A stretch of DNA of 64,000 nt from Nematocida ausubeli (GCF_000738915.1 NW_026515638.1:580882-644881), one strand, 5' to 3'. Shown: positions 20,051-32,240, counted from the stretch's first letter. Numbers and translations: made by a program. The notes: a model not told the origin generated them from the letters alone.

Positions 20051-21454
20051 ATGAAAAAAAGCCTACGAGAGTGTTTTAAAACAAAGGCATCTGCTGTTTT
20101 TGGGGAGTTTTCGCGAAATGCGTATCTTCGGGAGGTTGTGAAGTACATAACTGACCGATATGCAAAAAAAAAGTACTTTGAGCGGCAGGCGCCTCAGCCG
20201 CCCCAGAAAAAAACGAGGCTGTCATCTTTTGAGAACTTCACAGAAACCACCTCAATCAACAAATGCACACTTTGCGTTGTGGTTCCAAACAAAGGACTTA
20301 TTGCTGAGATTGTGGCGCGGCTCATGGCAGAGAAGAGTATTCTTGGAGAGGACATAAAAACAGAGAAGTATGCAATTGTAGGGGATGAGGACGATGACTT
20401 CATGATGCCTCTAATGTATGCGGACGGCGAGTTTAAAGAAGCATACAACAGCCAGGCGGATGTGATTTTGGCCACCACAAAGGCCATGGTAACGCTGGGG
20501 GACCAAAAGCTGGACAGATCAAAGTATTTCATCCAGACTGCGGAGGAGCTAGTGGACTTTGCACGGAAAGCCAAGAATGATCTGAACATATACTCCTTCC
20601 TGTCCGGCGTGGACACTGTAATTGTGCTTGATGCAGACATTCTTCTTATACAGAACTCCGTCTCGTTCTACGAAACACTAAAAATCCTGGAGGAGGCGCG
20701 CCCCGCCATAAGGCCACAGATGAATCTGCGCTACCTAAGCAGCGGAGAGGAGAAGAAAGCCTTTGTCTTCCTTGCTGGTGTGATTTCTCCCGCACTAGTC
20801 TCTCTTATTGAGAAAAAGCCAGGGCACATGATAGTTAGTAAAAAGGAGAGTGCAGAGCCCGCCTCCTCTGAAACGCTGGAAAGCACGCCTGCATGCTATC
20901 CGTACAGTGTGTGTCTTAAGCTGAATAAGACCGTGGCTACTGAGAAGTATGCAGACCACCACATTACAACTCTCTTGAATTCATACGAGAGGACTCTGGT
21001 GATTGTAAAGGACTCTGTTGAGATGGAAAAAATCAAAACAGAAATTCATAATAGCTCTGGGTTCGCAGAAAAGAACATCTTCTTTATAGACGAGTTTACT
21101 GCAGAAAGCAAGATCAAGGAGGAGATAAAATCAAAGATTCTAAGAAAAGTATGGATAATCACAGAGAGATTTATATTCTACAGGAAGAAAAGGCTTTCCC
21201 GTATACTCACTCCATACAGCCCAATAAAGATATTTGCTCCCTATGTTGTAAACCCAAGAATTCTGCAGCTTGCAATAAGCAAAACAGAAGATCTAGAGGA
21301 AACTGAGAATGGCTTATACAATGCACCAATAACACTTGTTATATCAAGCGAAGAAGAAAGATATTTTGTAAACGACCTTTTTGGACGGCAGGTTTCTATC
21401 AGCAAACTCTTTGAGTACTCCGATGAGACCACTATTAATGTGCAGGAGAAATAA
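20051..21454 (+). CDS. UTP25: U3 snoRNP-associated protein Utp25 (degenerate DEAD-box fold)
   Basis: DDDF, YNSQADVILAT, SFLSGVDTVIVLDADILLIQN and ITERFIFYRK match Utp25 blocks; start ATG 20051. Confidence 0.75.
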   Translation: MKKSLRECFKTKASAVFGEFSRNAYLREVVKYITDRYAKKKYFERQAPQPPQKKTRLSSFENFTETTSINKCTLCVVVPNKGLIAEIVARLMAEKSILGEDIKTEKYAIVGDEDDDFMMPLMYADGEFKEAYNSQADVILATTKAMVTLGDQKLDRSKYFIQTAEELVDFARKAKNDLNIYSFLSGVDTVIVLDADILLIQNSVSFYETLKILEEARPAIRPQMNLRYLSSGEEKKAFVFLAGVISPALVSLIEKKPGHMIVSKKESAEPASSETLESTPACYPYSVCLKLNKTVATEKYADHHITTLLNSYERTLVIVKDSVEMEKIKTEIHNSSGFAEKNIFFIDEFTAESKIKEEIKSKILRKVWIITERFIFYRKKRLSRILTPYSPIKIFAPYVVNPRILQLAISKTEDLEETENGLYNAPITLVISSEEERYFVNDLFGRQVSISKLFEYSDETTINVQEK

Positions 21455-22282
21455 AACATGCGGATATATCTGTCTTCTGGCAGCTTTAAACACAGATGCA
21501 TCTTCTGACTGCCTGCATTCTTTGTATTAAGGACAGGAAAAAAAATGTGCAGGCAAATATTTGACACTATGCATAACTAAAATAAAATTAGATTTTTAAT
21601 CTATTCGAATAGAAATTAACGCCCACTGCGAATGAATGTGCTGATTTCAGGAGATATATTTAACTACTTTCAACCTGCAGGGTATTTTTATTCGCGATTT
21701 TCTTAATGGTTTTTGGTTTCCAGAAGTTTTATATCTAGATTTAATATAGCTAACTTTGAGAAAGTATATAAATATAAGATAAGAAATTAAAAAAGCAAAG
21801 TTTAGTATGACTAAGTCTAATGTTTTGAGGAAAAATCATCTAGCACAGTGCATGATTATGATCTACCATTAAAACTTCATATATCCTCTTCACTTTTCAT
21901 CTCTATAGTAAAGCAAATAAAGCTCAAAATGTATTTTACTCTATATCAATGGCATAGCAGGCAGAGAAGTGCAATCTGCTGGCTGCGTTTCCAATCTTTA
22001 TATGTATTCGGGAGAGTTATGTTGCAGATCGATCTTTTATGCATTACTAGCTCTTGTGGAAGAATTCTATCAACTACTAATGTGCAAGAAGTCTTTAGAA
22101 TGGCACTTTGAAATAGTTTCATTTTATGTGGCCTCTGCATAGATGGTTTGCTTTTTAGTCTTTAAATCGCACAAAATGGTTTTGCAAAGTGTTAGAGCCT
22201 GAGCTGCCTGCGTTACTAGGCATGCCCCAAATGAGCCTTCTTATGCAAGCAAATTTAAGCCATAAATATTTTTAGTTTTTAT

Positions 22283-22765
22283 ATGAACAACTCGCAGCTG
22301 AATACGGATGCAGTTCCTTTCATCATTGGAGTGTCTAGCATCGTTCTTATGCTGGCCTTCAGTGCTGTTGGCTCAATTGTTGGATCTGTCAAAGCAGCTT
22401 CATCAGCTGCTGTGGTTGCAAATCGAGGAATAGACCTGGTGACTAAATCGTACTTGCCAGTGCTGTTTGCATCTGCAGGATTTATGTACTCTCTTATTGT
22501 GACATTTTTCTCAATACGCGAGCTGACCACCGACATTACTTTGAAGACAGCCATGCGAATTTTTGCCTCCTGCACTATTTATGGGGTTGGCGCACTCTTT
22601 TCGGGCATAGCGATTGGAGAGGCAAACAAGCACGGCATTGTGCGGCTGAGTGAAAACAGAAAGGTGTTTCTTTCCATGCTTATTGTCAACTCAACAATTG
22701 AGATGGTTGCAGTGTTTGCTCTAATCTGCTCAGTTATGCTTCTCCTAGGCGGTGCTACAAAATAA
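22283..22765 (+). CDS. V-type ATPase proteolipid subunit c/c'
   Basis: Four TM helices, KSYLPVLFA, GIAIG, essential Glu in TM4 (STIEMVAVFALI). Confidence 0.9.
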   Translation: MNNSQLNTDAVPFIIGVSSIVLMLAFSAVGSIVGSVKAASSAAVVANRGIDLVTKSYLPVLFASAGFMYSLIVTFFSIRELTTDITLKTAMRIFASCTIYGVGALFSGIAIGEANKHGIVRLSENRKVFLSMLIVNSTIEMVAVFALICSVMLLLGGATK

Positions 22766-23601
22766 AAGAATTCTTGGGCAAACAGAATCCTAAGATATAT
22801 CCAGGGTATGCTGTTAATAAAAAGAAGCCCTAATGTGTGGAACGGCAGGCATAAATGAACAACCTCAGCAAGGTTTTCTTTAATGAATAATATAAAATAT
22901 ACTGACTAGATTTGTATTTTGAATAGATACACAAATGATGAGATCTTCGTAATAAAGTATATCTACTCAACGCATCTTATATTTTTCACAAGCCCCTTAG
23001 CCTATCTACCTTTTATGTAATAGCACCAATTTAACTCCGTAATGTATATTGTCTTTGTATGGTCTATCGGTATTCAGCTATTTTCCTCATGTTGAATGCA
23101 TGGCCATTTATATAATTTGTGTGTTTAACTAGGTATTCCATCCAATACGAGGCTTTTAAAGATTCTGGTGGGCTAAACTATATAAGAAAAATATCTTTAT
23201 TTGTGGTATATTCATGTCTTGTACTCTAGACTAATTGTCTATAATCTTTCTTTTGAGCTTGTCCAGAGTAAACTAGAAACTGATATTATATTTTTAAGAC
23301 TCTGAGTATGTATGCATGTAAGCACTCGCACTGAAATTACATTTCTTAGACACTTAGCGATGCTTTTAAATTTTTCTGTTTACTTCTACCCAGCAGCTTG
23401 AATGAACACCTTTTCTATTATTTTTCAATATAGTCTATGCATTGGCATAAAAAGACTCTGGGCATAAATTAAGTATTTTTTTGCCTGCTACTAGACAGCT
23501 CACTTGATAAAATTCTGGGTTCCTAATAGAAACTGTTTGGCACGTGTTTTAGTCTGGTTTCAGGCTGCGCTCAATATAATCGGGAGAAGAAAGAACACAG
23601 C

Positions 23602-24987
23602 ATGATGGGTGAGTTTGCAGCAGAAGAGTGGCTTGAAAGATCTGTTCGAAGGAGCAGAGATGCTTACAGCCGGATCAAAATGAACTTGACAGTACGTGGA
23701 AAGGATGTGATCGTTTCCTCAAAGTACAAGGAGCCTGTAGAAAGAATCAAGGAAGTAATTAAAGCACTTGATGGAATAGAAAGAGCAAAGTCTGTTCTAA
23801 TGCTAGACGGGGCCTCGAGCATACCAGAGAAAAAAGTGCAGGAGTACAAAGAATACAAAGAGATAGCACAAGATCTAAAAGCCTATAGGAAAACAGAAAT
23901 AATTTCAAGCCTTCTTGAGCGAGTAAACGAGCGTCTGCAGGAAATAGAAAACTCTCTAAATGAGCTGAGCAAGAAGAGGCTAGTTTCTTCCCTTCAAGGG
24001 AAAAGCCAGGAAAACTGGGCAGAGTTTTTAGTTGACAAAGATCGAAAGACACAGCTGTTTCTGGTGTTGGTCGAGAAGTATGCAGAAACAGTGGTGAAGC
24101 ACAATATAAAGGAGGACTCTGCTGCGATAAGCACCATGGTGGTGGATATTGAAATACTTGCAAAAAGAGGATTTGCAGAAGAGCAGGTGTCTTCTGTCAT
24201 TCAAGGCATAAACAAGTTTATTGGGATGCAGATTGTTCACCATATTGGAAAGCAGTGCTACATCTTTATTAAGAGTCTCAACGCGCCAATACGAAAGCTA
24301 GAGGAATTTTTGGAGTTTATTTGTGGGTTTCTATCTTCTGAAATTGAGGGTGTTATGAAGAAGCAGAGAATCCATGCAAAGGTCCGCAAACTGGTTGTAG
24401 ACGCGTACAAAACTCTGTACACGGAGGCAGAAGAGCAGTTTATAACGGGTGCAGTAAACCAGAAAAGGCTGCTCGACAGAGACCTTTTCTATCTAATAGA
24501 GTCTCTCTATCAGGCCGAGAAGATCAAGGGGTTTCTGGATATAAAGCAGCACCTTCAGCGAAAGCTAGGGGAGTTCTATAAAATATCAGAAAAGAAAGCA
24601 AAAAGAACGACATCAAAGCTAGAGAGTCTTATATTTTCTCTCAACTCAGCTGCAATAATTAACACTATAAAGCACAAGAAGATAGAAACAGATGAAATAG
24701 CGCAAGAGGTGGCGCAGGAGATGCGAAGAAAAGTGGAAAAGGCAGTAGACGCTCCAGAGGTTAAAAATAAGATAGGAGAGCTGCTGAAGCACATTGAAAG
24801 AGCATATGTCAAAGCAAAGCACTACAATCTTCCTGGGGAGCACAAGGCATACATTGTGCTAGAGTATAAAAAAACTGTTCGAGAGATAGGAAACAGATTT
24901 GGAGGGCTTGACGATGTGAGTGACTCGCATCTTTCTTCAATAATTGAGGGGTTCTTTAATGGTCCAGAGCGAAAAATACTAAAGTAG
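23602..24987 (+). CDS. Exo70-like exocyst subunit
   Basis: All-helical 461 aa; N-terminal coiled coil; LESLIFSLNS resembles Exo70 IFLxNN; YNLPGEHK...Y resembles the C-terminal domain. Confidence 0.5.
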   Translation: MMGEFAAEEWLERSVRRSRDAYSRIKMNLTVRGKDVIVSSKYKEPVERIKEVIKALDGIERAKSVLMLDGASSIPEKKVQEYKEYKEIAQDLKAYRKTEIISSLLERVNERLQEIENSLNELSKKRLVSSLQGKSQENWAEFLVDKDRKTQLFLVLVEKYAETVVKHNIKEDSAAISTMVVDIEILAKRGFAEEQVSSVIQGINKFIGMQIVHHIGKQCYIFIKSLNAPIRKLEEFLEFICGFLSSEIEGVMKKQRIHAKVRKLVVDAYKTLYTEAEEQFITGAVNQKRLLDRDLFYLIESLYQAEKIKGFLDIKQHLQRKLGEFYKISEKKAKRTTSKLESLIFSLNSAAIINTIKHKKIETDEIAQEVAQEMRRKVEKAVDAPEVKNKIGELLKHIERAYVKAKHYNLPGEHKAYIVLEYKKTVREIGNRFGGLDDVSDSHLSSIIEGFFNGPERKILK

Positions 24988-25816
24988 AAAGGCAAGCCTT
25001 GCGAATATGTAATAGTAGATGCATGTGCATAAAAATAAAGCTCTAAATATAAAATCTTGTTTGAAGTATACAGCAGAAAGGCCTATCCAACACAGGGTCT
25101 GCAACGAAACATAGCACTGTGTGCAGCATTATGGATTTGTCTGGTGCACTTTCGCTTTGATTCTGTATATACAATAATAAATTCTGCTTTATTATATATT
25201 TATTGAACATGCATAATTAGAGAGTATCTTAGTGCTATTTTCTACTTTTCATAGAAACTTTTGGTTTTATTGGCAATAAAGCTTCCATTGGGCATATATG
25301 TAAGATGTAATTCGACCTGGCTATAGATTAATTTTTATATAGAAGTGTGTGTTTTAATAAAACTTTGCGTCGTAAAATGGTAAAGTTTCTATAAATAAAA
25401 TAAATCTATATTCTTCTGAAGATTTTTATAAATTTATTCTATTTTAAAATACAAATAGGCTCTAATTACTGCGGTTTATTTTCTCTTCTGAAATATTAGA
25501 CCTGGTCACAAAAATATTGAGTTACAGAGAGTGTTCTCCAATAGAGTTGGTAGACAATTAGTTACTCACTCTTAGAAGAATAAAGGCTGAGATTCTAAGT
25601 TCCTTAGTAACTTCATGTAAAAACAGAGCTCTTGATAGCATACTTCTCTACACCCTGTCTAGATTGCCCCAAAGCCAATACAAATACATATTGCTGCTCT
25701 GGAAAAATAAATTTACAAATTCAGCTGTATACTTTCAACCCAGAGAAGTGCAATAAATGATATTTAGCTTTAGTACAATAATAAATTAGGAAAAAAAATT
25801 ATCTTTTGAATTTAGT

Positions 25817-27451
25817 ATGAAAAGCAGTTTTACGATAGATGGACACCGCTTTGAGATTAAGTTGAACAAAAGAGATATAAACGAAAGATATAAAAAGTAT
25901 CACCAAAAGAGATTTGGACTGTGCATTCGCAGCACAAGCAAAAAACAGACTATAAATGAGATAAATAATATTTTCGATAATAATATATCGATCGAATCTA
26001 CAGAGCTCTTAAATAATGAAAGAGAATTTATTTTAGCATCAGTAAACAATATTCTCTGTTGGGGAATATACTTAAAAGGAGAGACTGAGCAGGGAATGCT
26101 TCTCCCTGGGAGTTCAAAAGAAAATACGCTGTGCAACTTAGATGTAAAAGACATGGAAGACCCTTCTTTAATGTATAAACTTGCAAAATCTCGAAATCTA
26201 GTTCTGTCTGAAGATGTGAAAGATTCATTATTATACACACTAAATATTTATCTTACAAGCTGGCTGGAGAAAATTGACCACCTAGGTACTCTGGATAGGC
26301 TTAAAAGGGATGAATACATAAATATAGTGGCTGAGCACTCATCTAGAAAAAAAATAATAGAAGCGCTTTATTCGAGCGAGACATTAAGCAACAGCTCCAG
26401 TATGATTATATCAAGTTTTCATGATTTTCATATTAATATCATAGAGAAATACCAACTAAAAGACCTTTTTACTACAAAGATAGACAATACGCCTATTTTG
26501 TTTGTTGGGTTTGGGTATATGCATGCAAATTTGAAAGATATGGCTGCAAAACTAAAGACAGCTCTTAATACTGTGTCTGAACTTAAAAGAGACAGCCCCA
26601 ATTTAGAATTAGAAATATGCAAAGATACAGTTTCTAAACATATTCCATTGAACATTCTATCCATAGTTTTATCAATGCATGAGCACAGGGTGGCATTGAG
26701 AGGTATTTATAATGAGTACACTGCAATATTCAACCAGTTGCAAATCAATAGCATCCATTCCTTGTCCATAGAAGATACTATGAATGATATTCCAGCGCTA
26801 GAATCAATGCTCTTTCTAGATAATGCTGTTATAAAGGAAATTGCTGATAGAGATGAATTAAAGATTTTAAAACATCTATACTACCCAATAGATCTGCCGA
26901 AAGTACTAGAAAAAATTCAAAAAGAAAATATAAAGGCTGAGAATATATTAGAAGAAAAAGAACAAGATGCGTCAAAAACCCATCACATTGATAAAGACCA
27001 TCTACTCGGATCTGCAGAAGTTTTAGATGTGTTTAAAGAAAGTATTGAATGTATGGAGAAAGATAGTTGCAGCTTAAAGATAGAAAAACATAACCCGAAT
27101 GCATTTATTAAAACAATAAGTCCAAAGGTAGCAGAAAGGAATAGCACAATTAACACCGGCATGTCTGAAAAAGGGGGCACGCCAGGTGCAAGTACTGCTG
27201 AGCATCATAGGATAGAAGAAATGAATGAGGAGATGGTGAGTTTGTTTTCTAGCCTATTTCGGCAAGAAGAAGACGATGTGGAGAAAGACATTGCAGAGGT
27301 AAAAGAGATAGATAATGAGTTTGCAGTCTCATCATATGAAGAAACCCGTAAAAAAACAATTGGAATGTTTTTTCTATTGGTTTTCGCTATGTATAGTATA
27401 CTGATTTATTCAATGAGTAATTATTCGGGTGCTTTACATTCACGCTCATAA
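25817..27451 (+). CDS. Hypothetical protein with a C-terminal transmembrane anchor
   Basis: 544-aa ORF with a single hydrophobic segment IGMFFLLVFAMYSILIYSM near the C-terminus. Confidence 0.75.
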   Translation: MKSSFTIDGHRFEIKLNKRDINERYKKYHQKRFGLCIRSTSKKQTINEINNIFDNNISIESTELLNNEREFILASVNNILCWGIYLKGETEQGMLLPGSSKENTLCNLDVKDMEDPSLMYKLAKSRNLVLSEDVKDSLLYTLNIYLTSWLEKIDHLGTLDRLKRDEYINIVAEHSSRKKIIEALYSSETLSNSSSMIISSFHDFHINIIEKYQLKDLFTTKIDNTPILFVGFGYMHANLKDMAAKLKTALNTVSELKRDSPNLELEICKDTVSKHIPLNILSIVLSMHEHRVALRGIYNEYTAIFNQLQINSIHSLSIEDTMNDIPALESMLFLDNAVIKEIADRDELKILKHLYYPIDLPKVLEKIQKENIKAENILEEKEQDASKTHHIDKDHLLGSAEVLDVFKESIECMEKDSCSLKIEKHNPNAFIKTISPKVAERNSTINTGMSEKGGTPGASTAEHHRIEEMNEEMVSLFSSLFRQEEDDVEKDIAEVKEIDNEFAVSSYEETRKKTIGMFFLLVFAMYSILIYSMSNYSGALHSRS

Positions 27452-28100
27452 TTTTAATCCGCTCTAAAAATAGGGTTTACTGCTTTATATTTCACTATTG
27501 CAATTAATATAATGTGCTTTGTTCTTTTCTCCTATCTTGAATAGGGCTTTAATACAAAAGTATCTTGGAAAGAGGCGCTTTAAGATGCAGCTTGGAGGGA
27601 GTTAATTTCAAAAAAGTAGCTGCATATTCTTAACTATTTAGCTCAATATTTTATTAATATTTGAAATAAATTATATCCTTGCATTGTGCTCTTTTCTATA
27701 GTAAGCTAAGTGGTTATATTTTTGTGTATGTATTACTTAGCGTTCAGAAAGCATTTATTCCTGCACTGCAATTCTAGACATATGCATGTGTGCATAGATG
27801 TAGCGCTATCCTGGAAAGAAGATACATAGCCCTGCTTTCTGAATATTAAAAGGCTTTTACCATCATTCGGGTTAAAATAGCATTTCGGGTTATATACAGA
27901 ACGCCTTTAGTTTCCAAAGTATAATAGTAAAAAATAATTTGGCACAGGTGGGTAGCAAGAAAAGCACACTAAATGTAGAAGAACTAGCTTCTTTGCACAG
28001 TTCAGTATGAGCACCATTAATAATAGAAGTAGATGGTTAAAACAAGAAGCATGGCATATCTAAACCAGAATTTATTAAATATCTAGAAACATAGAGCTTC

Positions 28101-28514
28101 TCATTTAGTGTAATCGCATAGTATACGTAATGCTATTTTAAGCATTACTTTAAGAAAAAAGAACATCTCATACCAAGAGATGACCAAAACAGAAAGTATT
28201 AAAAGGCCTGCAAAGAAGTAAACATACTGATTCAGAATGGATATAAGAAAGCCTTTATAGTTTTGTGTGTTTCCCTTTTCTTGTGCGCAATCGCCCAGTG
28301 CGCACTGCACTCTCTTTTCTAAAAAGAGGTTTTTTAGTTCTTGCATTCTATTGCCAATCATTCTAATTTGGGAAATGTATTTCCATTTGTAGAAAACAGC
28401 AAGCAACTTTTTGATCTTGTAATTGAATGAAGCTCTTTCTAAATGAACTTTTTCTTGGTTTCTAATAGCTTTGCTTTTTATTTTTAACGTACCTTTTCTA
28501 ATAAACAAATGCAA
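28101..28514 (-). CDS. Possible small membrane protein
   Basis: 137-codon ORF (non-ATG start in the track; internal ATGs) with a hydrophobic C-terminal segment. Confidence 0.3.
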   Translation of the reverse strand: MHLFIRKGTLKIKSKAIRNQEKVHLERASFNYKIKKLLAVFYKWKYISQIRMIGNRMQELKNLFLEKRVQCALGDCAQEKGNTQNYKGFLISILNQYVYFFAGLLILSVLVISWYEMFFFLKVMLKIALRILCDYTK

Positions 28515-29362
28515 TTTCTATGGGGCTTTGGAAACAAGCGCACGGATAATAGCGCCTTTGCAGCAAAAGACTATATCAGCATCTGTGCGCTCTGCTTTGT
28601 GTAGTTTGTGATTGGCAGAAAAGCCATAGAAGGCTAGTTTCTATTCATATGGCTAGATTCTATGTATTCATATAGAATGCCATGATGAGCTATGAAAAAG
28701 CATTTGAGAGACTGGTATTTCTCCCTTCTGTGCGTAGGATTGGCAATTTTAGTAGACATGCAAAGAGAGAGCTCTTATATATACTTCTCCACTTTACAGT
28801 AATGCGTTCTTTTAGCAATGCTTTTCTCCATGGTGCAGTGTTTTTAAACCATGTGTGCGTGCCTTCTGAAGCAGCTATGCTCTTTTTTCATATATAGTAG
28901 CTTTGTGGGTATATAAAACCCTCAATACACATAATCTAGGCCTTTGTTTCTAGTATGCATATTTTTATAGCTTTTTGACTATGTATTTTCAAATTTGTGT
29001 TTTTGATAAAGATTTCTGTAGATATTTCTGGAGAAATCACTTCGATTTACGAAATATTGATATGTTTTTTAGATAAAGAAAGGGTAGAATGAAGTCTGTT
29101 TTCGTCTATTTTATTGTGTTATCTGCTGCTTTTTGGATGTTTGTGTTTTTCTTTATTGTTGATCGCCAATTGTTATGTTTCATGGCTTAAGTCTTTAAAT
29201 TCTTATATTTTCATCCATTTTTTCCTCCATACACTATTTTATTGCATATCAGATCTCCATAAAGACCATATCAATATGATTTTTCGTGTCTATAAATAAG
29301 CAAGTGAGTTTAAAAAATGGGGATAGCACAGACTATCCTCAGCCACATTTTATTTTTATTAT

Positions 29363-29649
29363 TGACGTGCCCAAAGGGAGTGCGACGAACTATTCTGGAG
29401 ATAGTAGTCTAGAATGGAGAGTGTAGTTGTCCAGGAAGTTTTATTATTGTAATCCTGTGGATGTCTTCGGTGACTTTGACCGGGTGCAGGTTTGATAATT
29501 GTATTTTTGTGTTCGGACATGTGCCCCTTTCAGTATTGTTCTTCGATTTTATATTCAGTCTCTGATATATACGAGAAATCTTTCGGAAGTTTCATTTCTC
29601 ATTGATGCACTTTGGTCACGGAATTAATGAAAGTGGTATTTTTACCACA
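29363..29649 (-). mobile_element. Solo LTR, family B
   Basis: TG...CA termini, 5-bp target-site duplication ATTAT (29358-29362 and 29650-29654), full-length similarity to 32902-33189. Confidence 0.92.
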
Positions 29650-29655
29650 ATTATC

Positions 29656-29980
29656 TGCATAGTAAATTGGCATGCCACACTGGTGAAATTTCCCAGGCCT
29701 GGAAATAGCAGCCCAATACGGATAGCATCTGAGTTGAAGAATCTTTTTACTGCATGCAGGTAGGCTTGGTTACTGCACAAGCTCTGAGGCAGTCTTAAAG
29801 TTCTGGTTGTGGTTTGGTGTCTTTCTTCGTTCAGTCTTATTGTTCTTCTTCTGTAAAAGAGAATCTGTGTTTATTCTTGAGTCCCGTCATATGACTGAGA
29901 TAATCTCTCTCGCAAAATACTTTTACTGTGGAGTTCCTTGCAATGGTAAGAAATTTCTGGAGAAATCGCAATTTACTACA
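29656..29980. mobile_element. LTR-like dispersed repeat, family A, copy 1
   Basis: TGCATAGTAAATTG...CAATTTACTACA with a 10-bp subterminal inverted repeat; about 8 differences by eye from the copy at 52562-52887; no TSD seen. Confidence 0.8.
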
Positions 29981-30633
29981 TAAATATATTATGTGAAGAG
30001 GCAGTTTCAATTGTTAATGTTTGTTATGCAGTAGAAAACATCTCAGCACTAAGAGTATGTATGGTATTGTCTTATAATGGGTAGGTATAAGATGAATGCT
30101 AGAGTATTCGAAATGTTTTTTGTTGTATATTCTATTCGTAAATAAAAGTCTCTGCTTAAACCATTATTTCTTTGTCCTATAGTTATTTTAATCCAACTAC
30201 TAGAATTCTTCTCAGCCCAATGCACACTTATTAGCAACTAGTAAAGTGCATGCAAGTGCTATACACCTATGTAACCACATAGCTATTCGCAAACAGCGCT
30301 TGCTTGGCCATTGCTTACCAAAAGAAACATTTTATTCCCACTATTACTCCAAGGAAAATTAGCAGCACAGTAAAAGAGTTTAAGATAAAAAGCCATTCGA
30401 GGCTTGCGGGCAAGGAATATTAGTTGATCACACAAAGGGCGGACACAGTACAGCAAGACAGCAGGCAGATCGGGAGCGGCTGTTTATTAATAATAGCGTG
30501 TACCGGCCATGTACGGGCGCCATGTACTGCCTGCACACAGCACATCTTCGCTCGCTGCATACACATGTAGTGGTTAGCTGCTGCATATGCAGGGAGAGCG
30601 GCGTCTTGCGACTGGCCTGAGAACCCAGCGGCC

Positions 30634-30943
30634 NNNNNNNNNNNNNNNNNNNNNNNNNNNNNNNNNNNNNNNNNNNNNNNNNNNNNNNNNNNNNNNNNNN
30701 NNNNNNNNNNNNNNNNNNNNNNNNNNNNNNNNNNNNNNNNNNNNNNNNNNNNNNNNNNNNNNNNNNNNNNNNNNNNNNNNNNNNNNNNNNNNNNNNNNNN
30801 NNNNNNNNNNNNNNNNNNNNNNNNNNNNNNNNNNNNNNNNNNNNNNNNNNNNNNNNNNNNNNNNNNNNNNNNNNNNNNNNNNNNNNNNNNNNNNNNNNNN
30901 NNNNNNNNNNNNNNNNNNNNNNNNNNNNNNNNNNNNNNNNNNN
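30634..30943. other. Assembly gap (310 N)
   Basis: Run of N. Confidence 1.
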
Positions 30944-31747
30944 CTTCTCTGCACTGCGCCGTGAGACAGATGCAGCTCTCCTGGTGTTCTGAAATGCAGA
31001 GTGCGTGCTCCTTAAATACCCCCAAAAATGATCAAATTGGGAAATGTGTGCATTGGGCCCTTCTAAGTGCACTCTAGACTGTGTTCTGCTGTTTGTTTAC
31101 TTAATTGCGGTCTGTTGCCCAGCCTATGTGCAAATTGTGCATCTTGGAGGGCCATATGACGAAAAATTAATATAATGGGAGAGTGTGTACAAGACATGTA
31201 CAGCAGGCACTGGGGGAAGACCTGCTGATGTAGGGAGATGTATGTAGATGGGTAAGCAAGGTAGGCAGCTTGTGTCTTGGCACTTGCATAGCATGCTTGA
31301 GGAATGCACTCTTGTCTACTTCTGATGTGTCTCTATCAGTATACATATTGCATACATATTGCATGTGTATAGTATGTGTATACGTGTATGTATATCATGT
31401 GTTGTATGTGTGTATAGTTCTGTGCAGGTGTACGCATAGGTTTTCATGTCTGTGCAGAGCCTTTTTGTTCTTTATGTGGCTGGCGTGTGATGCAGAGTTT
31501 GTTCAGCTTTCTACATTGCGCTGAGTGTTTGCTGAGAGTGGTTCTTCAAAAAGTGCAGCTTTCTGATTTTCGTGTGTCTTTATCTTTTTTTTAGAAGAAA
31601 CAAACCCTTCTGAACAGTAGTGGTAGTGCGAATATTGTAGAGTTTATTTTTGCAAAGATGTAGAAGAAAGGATAATAAGAAGACATAGACAGCAGAACGA
31701 AGACATAGTACAGAAGAGGTAGATTAGAGATGGAGAGTACGGGATAA

Positions 31748-31792
31748 ATGTATAAAGCATGTATAAAGCATATATAAAGCATGTATAAATGC
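31748..31792. repeat. 11-bp tandem repeat ATGTATAAAGC, about 4 copies
   Basis: atgtataaagc atgtataaagc atatataaagc atgtataaatgc. Confidence 0.9.
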
Positions 31793-32100
31793 AGTTGAAT
31801 GAATAGAAAATGCGTATGAAGATTATAGTGCATTTATAAATTCTATGTGATATATATATATATTTAAGCATGCCAAAACAATATTTCCAACATTTAGAGC
31901 GGCATACAAGCTTTTAAAAGAGAAATAAAATATAGTTTTCTTGGTTACTATAGAATATGCTTGCATTTGAAATATCATTATAAAGGAAAATTTACAATAC
32001 GGATTGACGTGCCCAAAAGAGGGAGACGAGCTTATATTCAGTTTCTGATATACGAGGAATTGTCCAGAAGTTTCATTTATTATTGATGCACTTTGGTTAC

Positions 32101-32240
32101 TCCATAGACTAGCTCGAAAGGTGTACACTCAAGTATGTGGTGGTGCGTATAGTTCAATCGTCTGTGAATTAAGTCCACTGCCTGTCCTATTTTAATATCT
32201 GCGTCGTGGGCCAAAATGAACTTAATGTTTTTCATATTCC
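32101..32240 (-). pseudogene. Retrotransposon integrase core C-terminal remnant
   Basis: Manual translation NMKNIKFILAHDADIKIGQAVDLIHRRLNYTHHHILECTPFELVYG carries the Ty3/gypsy N..H....TPFELVYG motif; shifted one frame from gag. Confidence 0.8.

Noticed and set aside
21848..22140. Short ORFs upstream of the V-ATPase gene
   Set aside because: No motif; overlapping ORFs on both strands with intergenic-like composition
29110..29347. Possible third LTR family ending in GCCACA with a GGATAG/CTATCC hairpin
   Set aside because: No second copy in the window, and no clean other terminus or TSD
30420..31072. ORFs of 125-214 aa spanning the gap
   Set aside because: Length is an artefact of the N run
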